DNA of 64,000 nucleotides from Thermodesulfobacteriota bacterium (GTDB taxonomy: Bacteria > Desulfobacterota_D > UBA1144 > Nemesobacterales > UBA2774): NCBI GenBank assembly GCA_965216785.1, contig OZ244197.1:3008001-3072000 (forward strand). The letters run 5' to 3'. The position numbers and the translations under genes are program-made. Below the pieces are notes generated by a model. The model searched no databases. It saw only the letters and a program-made list of their open reading frames with translations, and was not told where the DNA came from. This document shows, one piece after another, positions 7,579 to 18,660 of the stretch. Positions within the stretch are counted from its first letter, which is position 1. Each line of letters opens with the position of its first letter.

Positions 7579-8385
7579 CTAATGAAGGGGTAGCTTTTTC
7601 TTGTATTGTTTCTTGAATACGTCTTTATTCTGATCGAGCGCAAATGAAGCAGTGATAAGAGAGCCGCTTTTTTGAGAAGCTTGAACTACTATTACGCCTA
7701 ACGAAAGGCCGCTTATTACCCTGTTTCTCTGAGGGAAATTTTGTCCCAGCGGACCCGTCCCAAGAGGAAATTCCGATATCACCGCGCCGTTTTGGGATAT
7801 CTTATCGTAAAGCTTATCATTCTCAGGCGGATATATTACATCAATGCCGGAGCCGAGCACTGCGATCGTTCTTCCCCCGCGCTCAATCGCTTCCTCTTGA
7901 GCTATCGAGTCTATACCGCGCGCCATGCCGCTAACTATTGTAATCCCCCTTGCGGCAAGCTCCCCCGAAAGTTTCTGGGTCACAGTTCTCCCGTAACGGT
8001 CAGGAATTCTCGAACCAACAATCGCTACCGAAAGGGAATCTTCGGGCAATATCTCACCTTTCACATAAAGGATTAGAGGGGGATTGTAAATATTAAACAG
8101 GCTCTCTGGGTAGGCGGGTTCATTCAGCGTGAGTACATTGAGCCCGAGCTTTTCAATAGCTTTTATCTCCTCTTCAACAAGGATCCAATCGGAGAAGGCA
8201 CAGATAGACTCTATGATATTCTCAGAGCCCCTTTCGAATATCCTTTTTATTCGTCCAAGCTCGCTCCTGCTTGCTTTAAACAGCTTCTCCGGACTCTCGA
8301 ACTCATCCAGAAGCTTTTTAGCAGACACATACCCTACGCCTTCCACCATGCTTAGAGCTATCCAGTACTTTAAGTTCTTATTCAT
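7579..8385 (-). pseudogene. dprA: DNA-processing protein DprA, 3'-truncated
   Basis: YNPPLILYVKG, AIVGSR, VSGMARGIDS, FPQRNRVISGLS and SGSLITA motifs. Homology stops at NKDVF, where VFAVPG is expected, and continues into the unrelated tail KKQYKKKLPLH*. Confidence 0.85.
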
Positions 8386-8449
8386 ATTTATACTTTTCGC
8401 GCGCGCATATTAAGCGCTGTACATAGAGAGTTATTTTGAAAATTTCCGC

Positions 8450-8743
8450 TTAATCTATTTTTTCTTCAAGGCTCTCCATTTTCCCAGACATTGTATAGGG
8501 CTTATCCACCCTTTCACTTATTCTAATCGTGGTGTTAATCCTCTCAACTCCCATTTTCTTTAGCTCATCATGACACTTTCTCACAAGCGGCGTAATATCG
8601 TCCCACTCGCACTCTATGTTTGTACCCATTGAGTGAGACTCATACTTTAGCCCGCTGTCCCTGATTACCCTCATAACCGAAGCCACATAAACGGAAAGCG
8701 AAGTCCCAACTCCAATCGGAATTACGCTAAGCTCAACTATCAT
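8450..8743 (-). CDS. MTH1187/YkoF family thiamine-binding protein
   Basis: ELSVIPIGVGTSLSVYVA...SMGTNIE...RVDK pattern. ATG at 8743 follows GGAGG. Confidence 0.85.
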   Translation of the reverse strand: MIVELSVIPIGVGTSLSVYVASVMRVIRDSGLKYESHSMGTNIECEWDDITPLVRKCHDELKKMGVERINTTIRISERVDKPYTMSGKMESLEEKID

Positions 8744-8891
8744 ACAATCCTCCGTCAATAGTCGTTTAATATTTTTCCTAGAATATATATGATATTACAC
8801 AAGAATTTCCTATTTTGGCATACAACGGCGCTTGGGATAATATCTGTAAAGAAGATACGGCAACTAAATCTTAATAGGGGAGACTACAATT

Positions 8892-9305
8892 ATGAAGAGC
8901 CTGACCGAATATTTATGGTTTGAAACCGAGAAGAAAAGGGAGATCGTACACATAACCGAAACCATAAGGTCTATTGTAGACAAGAGCGGTGTTCTTGAGG
9001 GGTTAGCGCTCGTCTCCGCGATGCATAATACGGCGGCTGTTTATGTTAACGACCCGGATAGCGGACTGAAAGAAGACATATGGGAATGGCTTGAAGCCAT
9101 TGCCCCATATAAACCCGATTACCGGCATAGTCTAACGGATGATGATAACGGTGACGCCCACCTTAAAAACCTAATAATGCATAATCAAGTATTGGTGCCG
9201 ATTACAAACGGCGAGCTTGACCTAGGCACCTGGCAGAGAATCTTCTACGCCGAGTTTGACGGGCAAAGGAAAAAACAGGTCGTCGTCAAGGTGCTTGGAG
9301 AATAG
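8892..9305 (+). CDS. yjbQ: YjbQ/UPF0047 family protein
   Basis: HNTAAVYVND, DNGDAHLK and LGTWQRIFYAEFDG motifs. Confidence 0.9.
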   Translation: MKSLTEYLWFETEKKREIVHITETIRSIVDKSGVLEGLALVSAMHNTAAVYVNDPDSGLKEDIWEWLEAIAPYKPDYRHSLTDDDNGDAHLKNLIMHNQVLVPITNGELDLGTWQRIFYAEFDGQRKKQVVVKVLGE

Positions 9306-9338
9306 AAACCTATATACGGAACTCTATTTGTGAAGCCC

Positions 9339-9359
9339 GGGGTAGCTCGGCGCTACCTC
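9339..9359. terminator. Hairpin between convergent genes, possible terminator
   Basis: GGGGTAGC-tcggc-GCTACCTC stem. No strong U-tract. Confidence 0.35.
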
Positions 9360-9367
9360 TCACACAT

Positions 9368-10237
9368 CTAATCGCATGAAGCTTCCAGAGGCGTCTCATC
9401 AAAGACAGCCCACTTCGTACAAATTCCATGTACGTCAACTGATTCACATTGACAGACACAACTGTTTGAGCTTGGAACATTACCGCTGCCAAGAAGCTCG
9501 CACGCTAGTTGTTCAGGTGTCCCGGCCGGCGCTCCGACAGGTATATCCTCCTGAATACCGAGCTGACTGAGCGGGTTTGGCAACTCACATTCCAGTTCGG
9601 TTAAAGCCCCCGCGTTACATTTGGAACATTCCGCGACGCTGCACTGTCCTTCATAGGAGCCTGAAATTTGATATCCCTCCGGATTCTCAGATAAATTCTC
9701 ACAAATGGTCGAAAACGGGCAGGAACACATAATTTCGCTTCTGCGCAGCCGTTCGGGAAAACCCGGGAACGATCTACCTCTGGTACTTGTAAAGCAAAGA
9801 CCTCCGTCACATTGACCGTACGTACCGCGCGCCGGATGTCCCATGTTAATAAACTTACTTTTATTAGCTTCTCCCGGGCAGGTATAAAGAGCCAAATCAC
9901 CGTCGGGAAACGCTACCTCTTCTGGAAAGCTAAAGGTACTTGCCCTGTAGCCGTTTCTCCTGCCGTCTTGGTTCAGGGTGCAAATATTTTGATTATCACC
10001 GTAATCGTAGGGGACACTGATACTATCGCCCCTCAAAACATCGCATTTGCAGTAAGCCAGTTGATTTAAGCTGAAGCAATCGGCTGTAGCGCAAAGAGCG
10101 TAACTCTGGTTTTCAAGAATCAAAAAAGGACCGGCCGACTCGCATTTGTTAGGGTTAGCCGCCCATAAAACACTTGTGCTGATAAGTACTGCAAAGAAGG
10201 CAAAGGCAAATACTGACAATATATTCTCTGTTTTCAT
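9368..10237 (-). CDS. Secreted cysteine-rich hypothetical protein
   Basis: Signal peptide (..SVLWA) and 22 Cys in the mature region. No recognised domain. Confidence 0.75.
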   Translation of the reverse strand: MKTENILSVFAFAFFAVLISTSVLWAANPNKCESAGPFLILENQSYALCATADCFSLNQLAYCKCDVLRGDSISVPYDYGDNQNICTLNQDGRRNGYRASTFSFPEEVAFPDGDLALYTCPGEANKSKFINMGHPARGTYGQCDGGLCFTSTRGRSFPGFPERLRRSEIMCSCPFSTICENLSENPEGYQISGSYEGQCSVAECSKCNAGALTELECELPNPLSQLGIQEDIPVGAPAGTPEQLACELLGSGNVPSSNSCVCQCESVDVHGICTKWAVFDETPLEASCD

Positions 10238-10393
10238 CCTATCATCCCTTTCCTACAAAATTTATTATTTAAAAATTAGACCTTTCCGAGAGATAAGTCA
10301 AGAAAAACATTAGGACCACAGTTCTGCCTTTGATTTAGAATTCAATATGCTTCTTTTCTTTGTACAGCCCGCATAAGTTATAATAGATATGCG

Positions 10394-10840
10394 ATGGACA
10401 AAACAAGAGAAGATGAGCCCCGTGTGTTTATCGATAACAGGGGTAATTGGTTTCAGGACGGGATCGAGATAAAACACAGGCTCACGTACCTCTACAACAA
10501 TAAGCTTCTGGACAGAGACGAACAAGGAAGACTCTACATTGATGACGGGAGCTGCCGGATCTATGTCCGTGCGGAAGACACCCCCTTTGTGGTAAAGATG
10601 CTCAGGAAAGAAGGCGAGGATTACTACATTATTCTAAACGATGAAACGGAAGAGAAACTGGAGCTTGAGACACTTCGGATAAATGAGGAGAATATCCCCT
10701 ATACCAAGGTTAAGAACGGAAAATTCGACGCCCGCTTCACAAGGCCCGCCTATTACGAGCTGATGAAACACGCAGTACAGGAAGGAGAGGGATTCTACAT
10801 AGAATCCAAAGGGCAAAAGTACTATCTAGAACATAACTAG
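10394..10840 (+). CDS. DUF1285-like protein
   Basis: IDNRGNWFQDG...EDTPFVV...ARFTRPAYY pattern. Confidence 0.7.
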   Translation: MDKTREDEPRVFIDNRGNWFQDGIEIKHRLTYLYNNKLLDRDEQGRLYIDDGSCRIYVRAEDTPFVVKMLRKEGEDYYIILNDETEEKLELETLRINEENIPYTKVKNGKFDARFTRPAYYELMKHAVQEGEGFYIESKGQKYYLEHN

Positions 10841-11997
10841 GCAGGGCTGAGCGAATCTAAAAACTTTTCAATAACCGCATTTGATAAAAGAGTTCCTTTA
10901 TCCGTCAGACGAACATTTCCGCCGTCGATCTCTATCAACCCGCCATTAATCAAATACCCGATTTTATACTCATCAGGGGCAACGCTGTAAGAATCTCTAA
11001 GAGATTTAAACTCAAGTCCGCTATTTAGCCTGAGACCCATTAGTACCGTATCTTCCAGGGCCTCGTGCTTCTCCAGCTCCTCAGTAAACCCTAAAGGCTT
11101 ATCGCCCGCCCTTACGGATTTCATGTAAAGACCCGGGTTTTTAATATTTCCGTATCTTTTTCCCCATCCCCTGCCCTCACTTTTCAGATGTGAGTGCGCC
11201 CCAGCCCCCACACCCAAATAGTCGTCTCCACGCCAGTAAAGCATGTTGTGGCGGCACTCATACCCCGGCTTTGAGTAATTAGAAATCTCGTACTGTTTGT
11301 AGCCGCTCCGCTCAAGAGTATCTGTAGTGAACGTTATAAATTCCGTAAGCTCACCCTCAGCAGGAAGAGTCATTTTCCCCCGCCTGAAGAGATTTCCGAA
11401 CTGAGTAGCTTCCTCGATCATCAGGCAATAGGCCGAGATATGGGTCGAATTAAACCTAAGCGCTTCTTCCAAATCGCTTTGCCATTCCTCAGGAGTCTCG
11501 TCCGTAGTGCCGTACATAAGGTCAACGTTGATATTCTCAAACCCCGCTTTCACCGCGTCCTCAAGTATTGAGCGGCTGTCATCAGGAGAATTAATCCTGC
11601 CAAGGAACTTTAACTTTCTTTCTGAAAACGACTGCACTCCGAAACTTACCCTGTTTACCCCAGCCTCCCTTAAGCCCCTGAGCTTTTCAAGATCAGCGGT
11701 CTTTGGGTTAATCTCGAGTGAAATCTCACAATCATTCTTTGGTGAAGTGTTATTTTTAATTTTCGATATGATTCTCTCAATATTTTGGGCTTCAAATAAA
11801 GAAGGCGTGCCGCCGCCGAAAAATATAGAGGTCAAGCGCGCTTTATCCAATATGCCCGCATGCATTTCGAGCTCGTATAACACAGATTCTGTGTAATCCT
11901 GCTCGGGAAAACTCTCCCCCACACCGTATGAGTTAAAATCACAGTAAGGGCACTTTTTCACGCAATAAGGGATATGAACGTATACTCCAAAGGCCAT
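10837..11997 (-). CDS. hemW: Radical SAM heme chaperone HemW
   Basis: YVHIPYCVKKCPYCDF, FGGGTPS, YEISNY, HNMLYW and GAGAHS motifs. Start reassigned to the ATG at 11997. Confidence 0.92.
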   Translation of the reverse strand: MAFGVYVHIPYCVKKCPYCDFNSYGVGESFPEQDYTESVLYELEMHAGILDKARLTSIFFGGGTPSLFEAQNIERIISKIKNNTSPKNDCEISLEINPKTADLEKLRGLREAGVNRVSFGVQSFSERKLKFLGRINSPDDSRSILEDAVKAGFENINVDLMYGTTDETPEEWQSDLEEALRFNSTHISAYCLMIEEATQFGNLFRRGKMTLPAEGELTEFITFTTDTLERSGYKQYEISNYSKPGYECRHNMLYWRGDDYLGVGAGAHSHLKSEGRGWGKRYGNIKNPGLYMKSVRAGDKPLGFTEELEKHEALEDTVLMGLRLNSGLEFKSLRDSYSVAPDEYKIGYLINGGLIEIDGGNVRLTDKGTLLSNAVIEKFLDSLSPA

Positions 11998-12069
11998 GCG
12001 GATAGTGTACGCCAATAGATAAATGTTGCAACGACTATGTTTTAGAGTCATATTTATTGACTTATAAAC

Positions 12070-13323
12070 ATGAAAGAATCTATGCAATCGCCCTTAACGC
12101 GTTTTATATGTATGTGCCTAATACTTATTCTTTCCGCACCTTTCGCGGAGGGAAACTCTGTTCTCACACTAGATGAGGCAATTCAGATCACTCTTGAGAA
12201 CAACCCGGGTATAGACGCCTCGGACGCGGGAATCGAAATAGAAAGAGCCGGAGTAAAGAGGGCGAAATCGGCCTACTACCCTGAGATCAGCACGAGGCTG
12301 ATAGTGCCCTTTATCGGACGAGAATCAGGATTCTTTCTAGATCAGCTGTTATACGATTTCGGGCGTACTTCAAACAAAGTTAAATCAAGCAAAGCCCGTC
12401 TAAGATCGTCTAAATACGACAGTGAGGTAACGAAAGAAGACCTCATTCTGGACACTCAAATTGCATATTACAACGTGCTGGCGAATACGCATTTAGCCCT
12501 GGCCGGAGAAAAAAAGGTCATTGAGCACGAGAAGCGTTTAGAGCAGTCCAAAGGGTTCCTCGAGGCAGGGCGAATCCCCCCGATAGACGTAACCAAAACA
12601 GAGGTTGATCTTGGGAACTCGAGGCTCGAAGCGATCTCGGCGTTAAATGAGCTTGAGATAGCAAAAGTGAACCTAATGACCATTATGGGTATCGAAGGTG
12701 AGTTTAATTATGAGCTCGAGGACTCGCTCGCGTATAAAAAAGAAATATTCGATCTTGACTCGGTAATAGATCAGGCCCTTCAGACCAGACCCGAGCTTAA
12801 GAGTCTCGAGGCGCAAGAGGATGCCATGAAAGCAAACCTACAAGCTAGCAAAAAAGAGTTTTATCCGGTCATATTCGGAAGAACCGCATACCGCTTTGAG
12901 GGTGAAGGGGCCGAGACACCGGGGTTTATAGCGGGTGTGGGGCTCAGGTTTCCCATCTTTGTAGGGTTTTCAAGGTTTGCCGACGTTGAAAGCGCCAGGG
13001 GAAGCCTCAAAAGGGTAAAAGCGCAAAAGGCGCAGGAAAAAGCAGCGATAATCTCAGAGATTAAAAAGCTTTACCTGGATCTCGAATTCTACGAAGAGAA
13101 TATAAAAGTTACAGAGAATACCAGAAAATCAGCTCTTGCCAGCCTTGATCTCGCAAGAGAAAGACACAGATTGAGAAGGGCCTCAGACGTCGAGCTCGCA
13201 GAGGCGGAATCCCTCTATGCATCTACAAAGGCTACATACATGCAGTCAATATATAATTATAATATAGCAGCCGCGCGTTTAAAGCGTGCCATAGGTGAAA
13301 ATGGATATAATCAAGAAAAATAA
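12070..13323 (+). CDS. TolC-family outer membrane efflux protein
   Basis: LTLDEAIQITLENNP, AKSAYYP, LYDFGR and YNIAAARLKRAIG; two OEP repeats. Confidence 0.9.
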   Translation: MKESMQSPLTRFICMCLILILSAPFAEGNSVLTLDEAIQITLENNPGIDASDAGIEIERAGVKRAKSAYYPEISTRLIVPFIGRESGFFLDQLLYDFGRTSNKVKSSKARLRSSKYDSEVTKEDLILDTQIAYYNVLANTHLALAGEKKVIEHEKRLEQSKGFLEAGRIPPIDVTKTEVDLGNSRLEAISALNELEIAKVNLMTIMGIEGEFNYELEDSLAYKKEIFDLDSVIDQALQTRPELKSLEAQEDAMKANLQASKKEFYPVIFGRTAYRFEGEGAETPGFIAGVGLRFPIFVGFSRFADVESARGSLKRVKAQKAQEKAAIISEIKKLYLDLEFYEENIKVTENTRKSALASLDLARERHRLRRASDVELAEAESLYASTKATYMQSIYNYNIAAARLKRAIGENGYNQEK

Positions 13324-14455
13324 AATAGCACTAGCCTTAATAGCTCTAATTGCGATTGCAGCCGTATTCGTTGTACCCGGGTTCCTTGACAGAGGAAACG
13401 AGGGAATATCCTACAAAACCGAAAAGGTCGATCGTAATAACGTGACCTCATATATAGAGGCTTCGGGCACCATTAACCCGCTTACTACTATAGAGGTGGG
13501 CACGCAGGTGACGGGGACTATAAACAAGATTAACGTGGACTACAACTCAGAGGTGAAAAAAGGCGACCCGTTGGCGGAAATAGATCCCACTCCTCTTAAG
13601 ACGGCGCTCAAAAGCTCTGAGGCAAATAGTAATAAAGCAAAAGCGGATCTTAACGTCGCTCAGTCTCTCTACAATACGAATAAAGAGCTATATGATAAAA
13701 GACTTATATCAAAAGAAGAATTCGACAGCTCTAAATCCAGCTATTCATCGGCGCTCGCCGCCTATGAGCAGACCAAAGTCGAGCTTGAAGTCGCCTCAAC
13801 TAATCTTGAGAACGCAACCATACGCTCCCCGATAGACGGAATCGTGCTGTCCAGAAACGTCACCTCTGGCGAATCGGTGCTCGCGAACTCTAAGCCGCTA
13901 TTCACTATATCGGGACATTTACAGAGTATGCAGATCGACACCAGAGTAAGCGAATCCGACATAGGTAAAGTCGCTGAATCACAGGGTGCGCTTTTCAATG
14001 TTGACGCATATCCGGGAATGACATTTCACGGAAAAGTCGATCAGGTAAGAAACGAGCCTCTTAACGAGAATAACGTGGTCACATATAACGTTGTGGTGCT
14101 GACTGATAACCAGGAGCTCAAACTAAAACCCGGAATGACGGCGGAAGTAAAAATAGTGGTGGCGAATAAAGAGGGCGTGCTCAGGGTTCCCACTTCCGCT
14201 ATAAGGTTTATTCCTCCTCCTTCAGCAAACATTGAAGACTCACCTGACTACAAAGAAAATTCATCTTATGTGTGGATACCCGCCGGAGGCGGGCTCATAA
14301 AACCCCTTCCGATCGAGACCGGGGTTAGCGACAGCAGATATACGGAGATTAAATCAGGTGATATTAAAGAAGGGCAGGAAGTCATCGTCGAAGCCTTCGT
14401 TAATAGCGGCTCAAATATCAATTCCTCTTATCTGCCGCAGCCAAGAAGATTCTAA
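13301..14455 (+). CDS. MacA-like periplasmic adaptor (membrane fusion protein)
   Basis: ASGTINP..EVGTQVTG, IRSPIDG, NVVTY and LKPGMTA motifs. Confidence 0.9.
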   Translation: MDIIKKNKIALALIALIAIAAVFVVPGFLDRGNEGISYKTEKVDRNNVTSYIEASGTINPLTTIEVGTQVTGTINKINVDYNSEVKKGDPLAEIDPTPLKTALKSSEANSNKAKADLNVAQSLYNTNKELYDKRLISKEEFDSSKSSYSSALAAYEQTKVELEVASTNLENATIRSPIDGIVLSRNVTSGESVLANSKPLFTISGHLQSMQIDTRVSESDIGKVAESQGALFNVDAYPGMTFHGKVDQVRNEPLNENNVVTYNVVVLTDNQELKLKPGMTAEVKIVVANKEGVLRVPTSAIRFIPPPSANIEDSPDYKENSSYVWIPAGGGLIKPLPIETGVSDSRYTEIKSGDIKEGQEVIVEAFVNSGSNINSSYLPQPRRF

Positions 14456-14479
14456 TTAACATTAGGAGATTTAGGTTCT

Positions 14480-15172
14480 ATGAGTGAAAGCACCCCGGTT
14501 ATATCAGCTAAAGATTTGTATAAAATATATAAGCTGGGCGATATTGATGTTCACGCTCTAAACGGTATCTCAATTGATATCGAAGAAGGAGAGTTCGTAT
14601 CGATAATGGGGGCCTCGGGCTCGGGCAAGAGCACGTTCATGAACATCATCGGGTGCCTGGACAGACCCACCAAGGGCGTTTATTGCCTTGACGGAGAAGA
14701 GGTTTCCGAGCGGAGCCCGGATGAGCTTGCGGAGATAAGGAACAATAAGATCGGATTTGTATTTCAGAGCTTTAACCTACTCTCGAGAACCTCGGCTAAA
14801 GAGAACGTTGAGCTCCCGATGATTTACAGCAACACACCCCGTGAGAAGAGATCAGAGCTTGCGCATAAAGCGCTTGAGATTCTGGGTCTAGCGGGACGCG
14901 AGAAGCACTTCCCCTCTCAGCTCTCAGGCGGTCAGCAGCAGAGGGTCGCAATTGCAAGGGCCATAGTCAATGATCCGAGCATAATATTGGCCGATGAACC
15001 TACCGGCAACCTGGATAGCGCGATTAGCGCCGAGATCATGGAGATATTCAAGACCCTTAATTCCCAGGGTAAGACAATAGTTATGATCACGCACGAGCGT
15101 GAAATAGCGGATTACGCCCAAAGAATTTTAGTATTTAAAGACGGTCTTGTCGTAGAGGAAATTAGAAATTAG
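14480..15172 (+). CDS. ABC transporter ATP-binding protein (MacB/LolD type)
   Basis: GASGSGKST, LSGGQQQRVAIARA and ADEPTGNLD motifs. Confidence 0.93.
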   Translation: MSESTPVISAKDLYKIYKLGDIDVHALNGISIDIEEGEFVSIMGASGSGKSTFMNIIGCLDRPTKGVYCLDGEEVSERSPDELAEIRNNKIGFVFQSFNLLSRTSAKENVELPMIYSNTPREKRSELAHKALEILGLAGREKHFPSQLSGGQQQRVAIARAIVNDPSIILADEPTGNLDSAISAEIMEIFKTLNSQGKTIVMITHEREIADYAQRILVFKDGLVVEEIRN

Positions 15173-15220
15173 AAGTAAGCACAAGTTTCCTTGTATGAAT
15201 CTAGATCTATAGCTTTTCTA

Positions 15221-17038
15221 TCAATAAACAAGCTGGATTAAACCTTCCGCACCCACAGAAAAATCCGTTACCTCATCCCCGTTAACATCTCCCATGGTTA
15301 ATACTTTCTGACCAAAATCCGTGTCCCCACCCTCTCCGATAACATTTATATCGGAATCAGCTGCTGATACTTCTGCCGGGAGACCCTCTTGACCGAAGAA
15401 TACATAAACCGTACCGGGCTCTGTACCGGGAGCGCCTGCCGCTATATCCGCGTTACTCACTTCGAACTCCAGCACAATCGCCGTATCTTTCCTTTTCTTT
15501 TCGATTATCGGGGTAAAACCATCTAGTACGCTGACCGAGCTTCCAAACCTGTCCCCGGAGCTAATACCCGTAAATTCCGTTTCAAACCCCGTAGTAGTAC
15601 CATCTTCAAACGCTGTAAGGAGATCTTCTCCCGAATATAAGAACACCGAACCCCTGTCCGAATCGGCCTCAGGCGCACCAATAATTACATCCGGTGTACC
15701 CTCTCCGTCCTCGTCTATGTCTCCGTCACCGGAGATCGAAGTGCCGAAGCTGGAAACTCCGTCAACTTCAAGCACAACTACATCGGTAGTATCTACTGCA
15801 AGGTCCTGGTCGGAAAGACCGCTTTTCCCAAATATGATATAAGCCCTGCTAATTCCGGGCGCGCCTACACCGAACTCATCATGGCTGTTTCTGTTTATAC
15901 GACCGAGCAGAGCTATGTCGTACCCGAATAAACCGCCTGCTGACTGACCCGTATAGGTAGCCTCGTCATCGGTCGCCGGAAGCTCTGTATTCTGGTCCAG
16001 CTTGGCCCCCCTGTACAAGTAGGCCCTGCCCGTATCTCCGTCAAAAAACGGTGCGCCAACCAAAAAGAGCCCTCCGCCGTTAGTCACATCGTCAGCGCTA
16101 GATACTTCAAAACCGAATCCGTCCCCTGCGTTCTCTCCAACCACTTCAATGCGGTCAACTTCTGGGTCGCTCATCTCTATAACGCTAGGAAGATCTCTGC
16201 TTCCGAATATAACGAATACTTTTCCTCTCCCTCCGTCAAAATCGGGCGCTCCTATCACAAGCTCTTCCGATCTTACATCACCGTCAAAATCGGGAAGCGA
16301 CGCAAGAGAGGCCCCAAATCCGTCGGCAGCGCTGCCTATAACAGTTACATCGGCAGCCGAAACGTTTATGTCAGTACTGCCGTTCTCAGTCATATCATTC
16401 ATTCCGTAGAATATATATACTTTCCCCGCACAAGGATCACCGATTGCGACGTCGTTTAAGCTTACACCCTGGTCGCTTTCATCACCGTCAAAATTCCCCG
16501 CGGTAACGGCCTCTCCAATGCAAGTCTCTTCATCGCTGCTCGTATATCTGATGGATTGTAAGGGTGTGGTTAATTGCGTGACGTTTGAGGGCTTTGAGGA
16601 ATCCCCCACTTCATCGTTAGTAACTATTGCGTAGTAATATGTAAGGTCGCCCATGAGATCGAGCCTGGGGGTGAGGAAGCTCTCCGGGTCACCGGCGGGT
16701 TCTGGTTGGGCGAAATTGGGCACCTGGGTCGCGTCACCGAAGTTATCCTGTACAGTCTCCTGAATAACTGCAAACGGGACGTCGTCAAGATTTGGAACTC
16801 CCAGTATTTCAGCGATCTCGGTATCATCGAAAAACCTGGGGAAGTATATTGTAGCTCTACCCGAGTTTCCGTTGTCACCAGGGGCTGTCCAGTTTAAATT
16901 TCTGGACACCTCATCCGCTGATAAGTCATTAATTTTAGCAGGAGAGTTGCTGTCCCCTAAGCTGCAAGAGATTAGCGACATCACAAAAAACAAAGGAACT
17001 ATTGCCAAAAGCGTATTAGGAACGCGATTAAATTTCAT
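15221..17038 (-). CDS. FG-GAP (integrin-alpha-like) repeat lipoprotein with an FnIII-like N-terminal domain
   Basis: Lipobox LISC, LNWTAPGDNG, and repeated FG...D.DGD...IGAP...G.V.V..G units. Confidence 0.85.
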   Translation of the reverse strand: MKFNRVPNTLLAIVPLFFVMSLISCSLGDSNSPAKINDLSADEVSRNLNWTAPGDNGNSGRATIYFPRFFDDTEIAEILGVPNLDDVPFAVIQETVQDNFGDATQVPNFAQPEPAGDPESFLTPRLDLMGDLTYYYAIVTNDEVGDSSKPSNVTQLTTPLQSIRYTSSDEETCIGEAVTAGNFDGDESDQGVSLNDVAIGDPCAGKVYIFYGMNDMTENGSTDINVSAADVTVIGSAADGFGASLASLPDFDGDVRSEELVIGAPDFDGGRGKVFVIFGSRDLPSVIEMSDPEVDRIEVVGENAGDGFGFEVSSADDVTNGGGLFLVGAPFFDGDTGRAYLYRGAKLDQNTELPATDDEATYTGQSAGGLFGYDIALLGRINRNSHDEFGVGAPGISRAYIIFGKSGLSDQDLAVDTTDVVVLEVDGVSSFGTSISGDGDIDEDGEGTPDVIIGAPEADSDRGSVFLYSGEDLLTAFEDGTTTGFETEFTGISSGDRFGSSVSVLDGFTPIIEKKRKDTAIVLEFEVSNADIAAGAPGTEPGTVYVFFGQEGLPAEVSAADSDINVIGEGGDTDFGQKVLTMGDVNGDEVTDFSVGAEGLIQLVY

Positions 17039-17251
17039 ATAAAGCACCCTTTTCCATATTTTTAGAATTTAAGATTGTACCGAACTAATGCTACTTTTCC
17101 AATAAGTAATATCTGGAGGGCAAAAATCCGCGTACCCAGAGCATACAAACTATTATGTTGAATAGCGCTATATTTAATTTACCTAATAGTTTGAATCCTA
17201 TCCGATTTGATAGGTACTTAGTGTTATGGTACTTTCCTATTCCTTATTTGA

Positions 17252-18544
<1,293 letters not shown>

Positions 18545-18608
18545 CTTGCATGCAAATGCGCGATCCGCGGTCGGCATTCAGAGATACACTGTAACAGACC
18601 GTTAGGCC

Positions 18609-18660
18609 TGGTATAATTTAAGGTTAAGGTTTAAGTAAAAATTGTTAATAAGGCTAAGGT
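18609..18660 (+). promoter_or_regulatory. leuCD promoter: extended -10 plus paired direct repeats
   Basis: TGgTATAAT at 18609-18617. TAAGG(T/C)TAAGGT at 18619-18630 and 18649-18660. Confidence 0.55.

Noticed and set aside
8815-8831. TTGGCATACAACGGCGC as a sigma-54 promoter for yjbQ
   Set aside because: The GG-N10-GC spacing is not met and there is no TTGC element.
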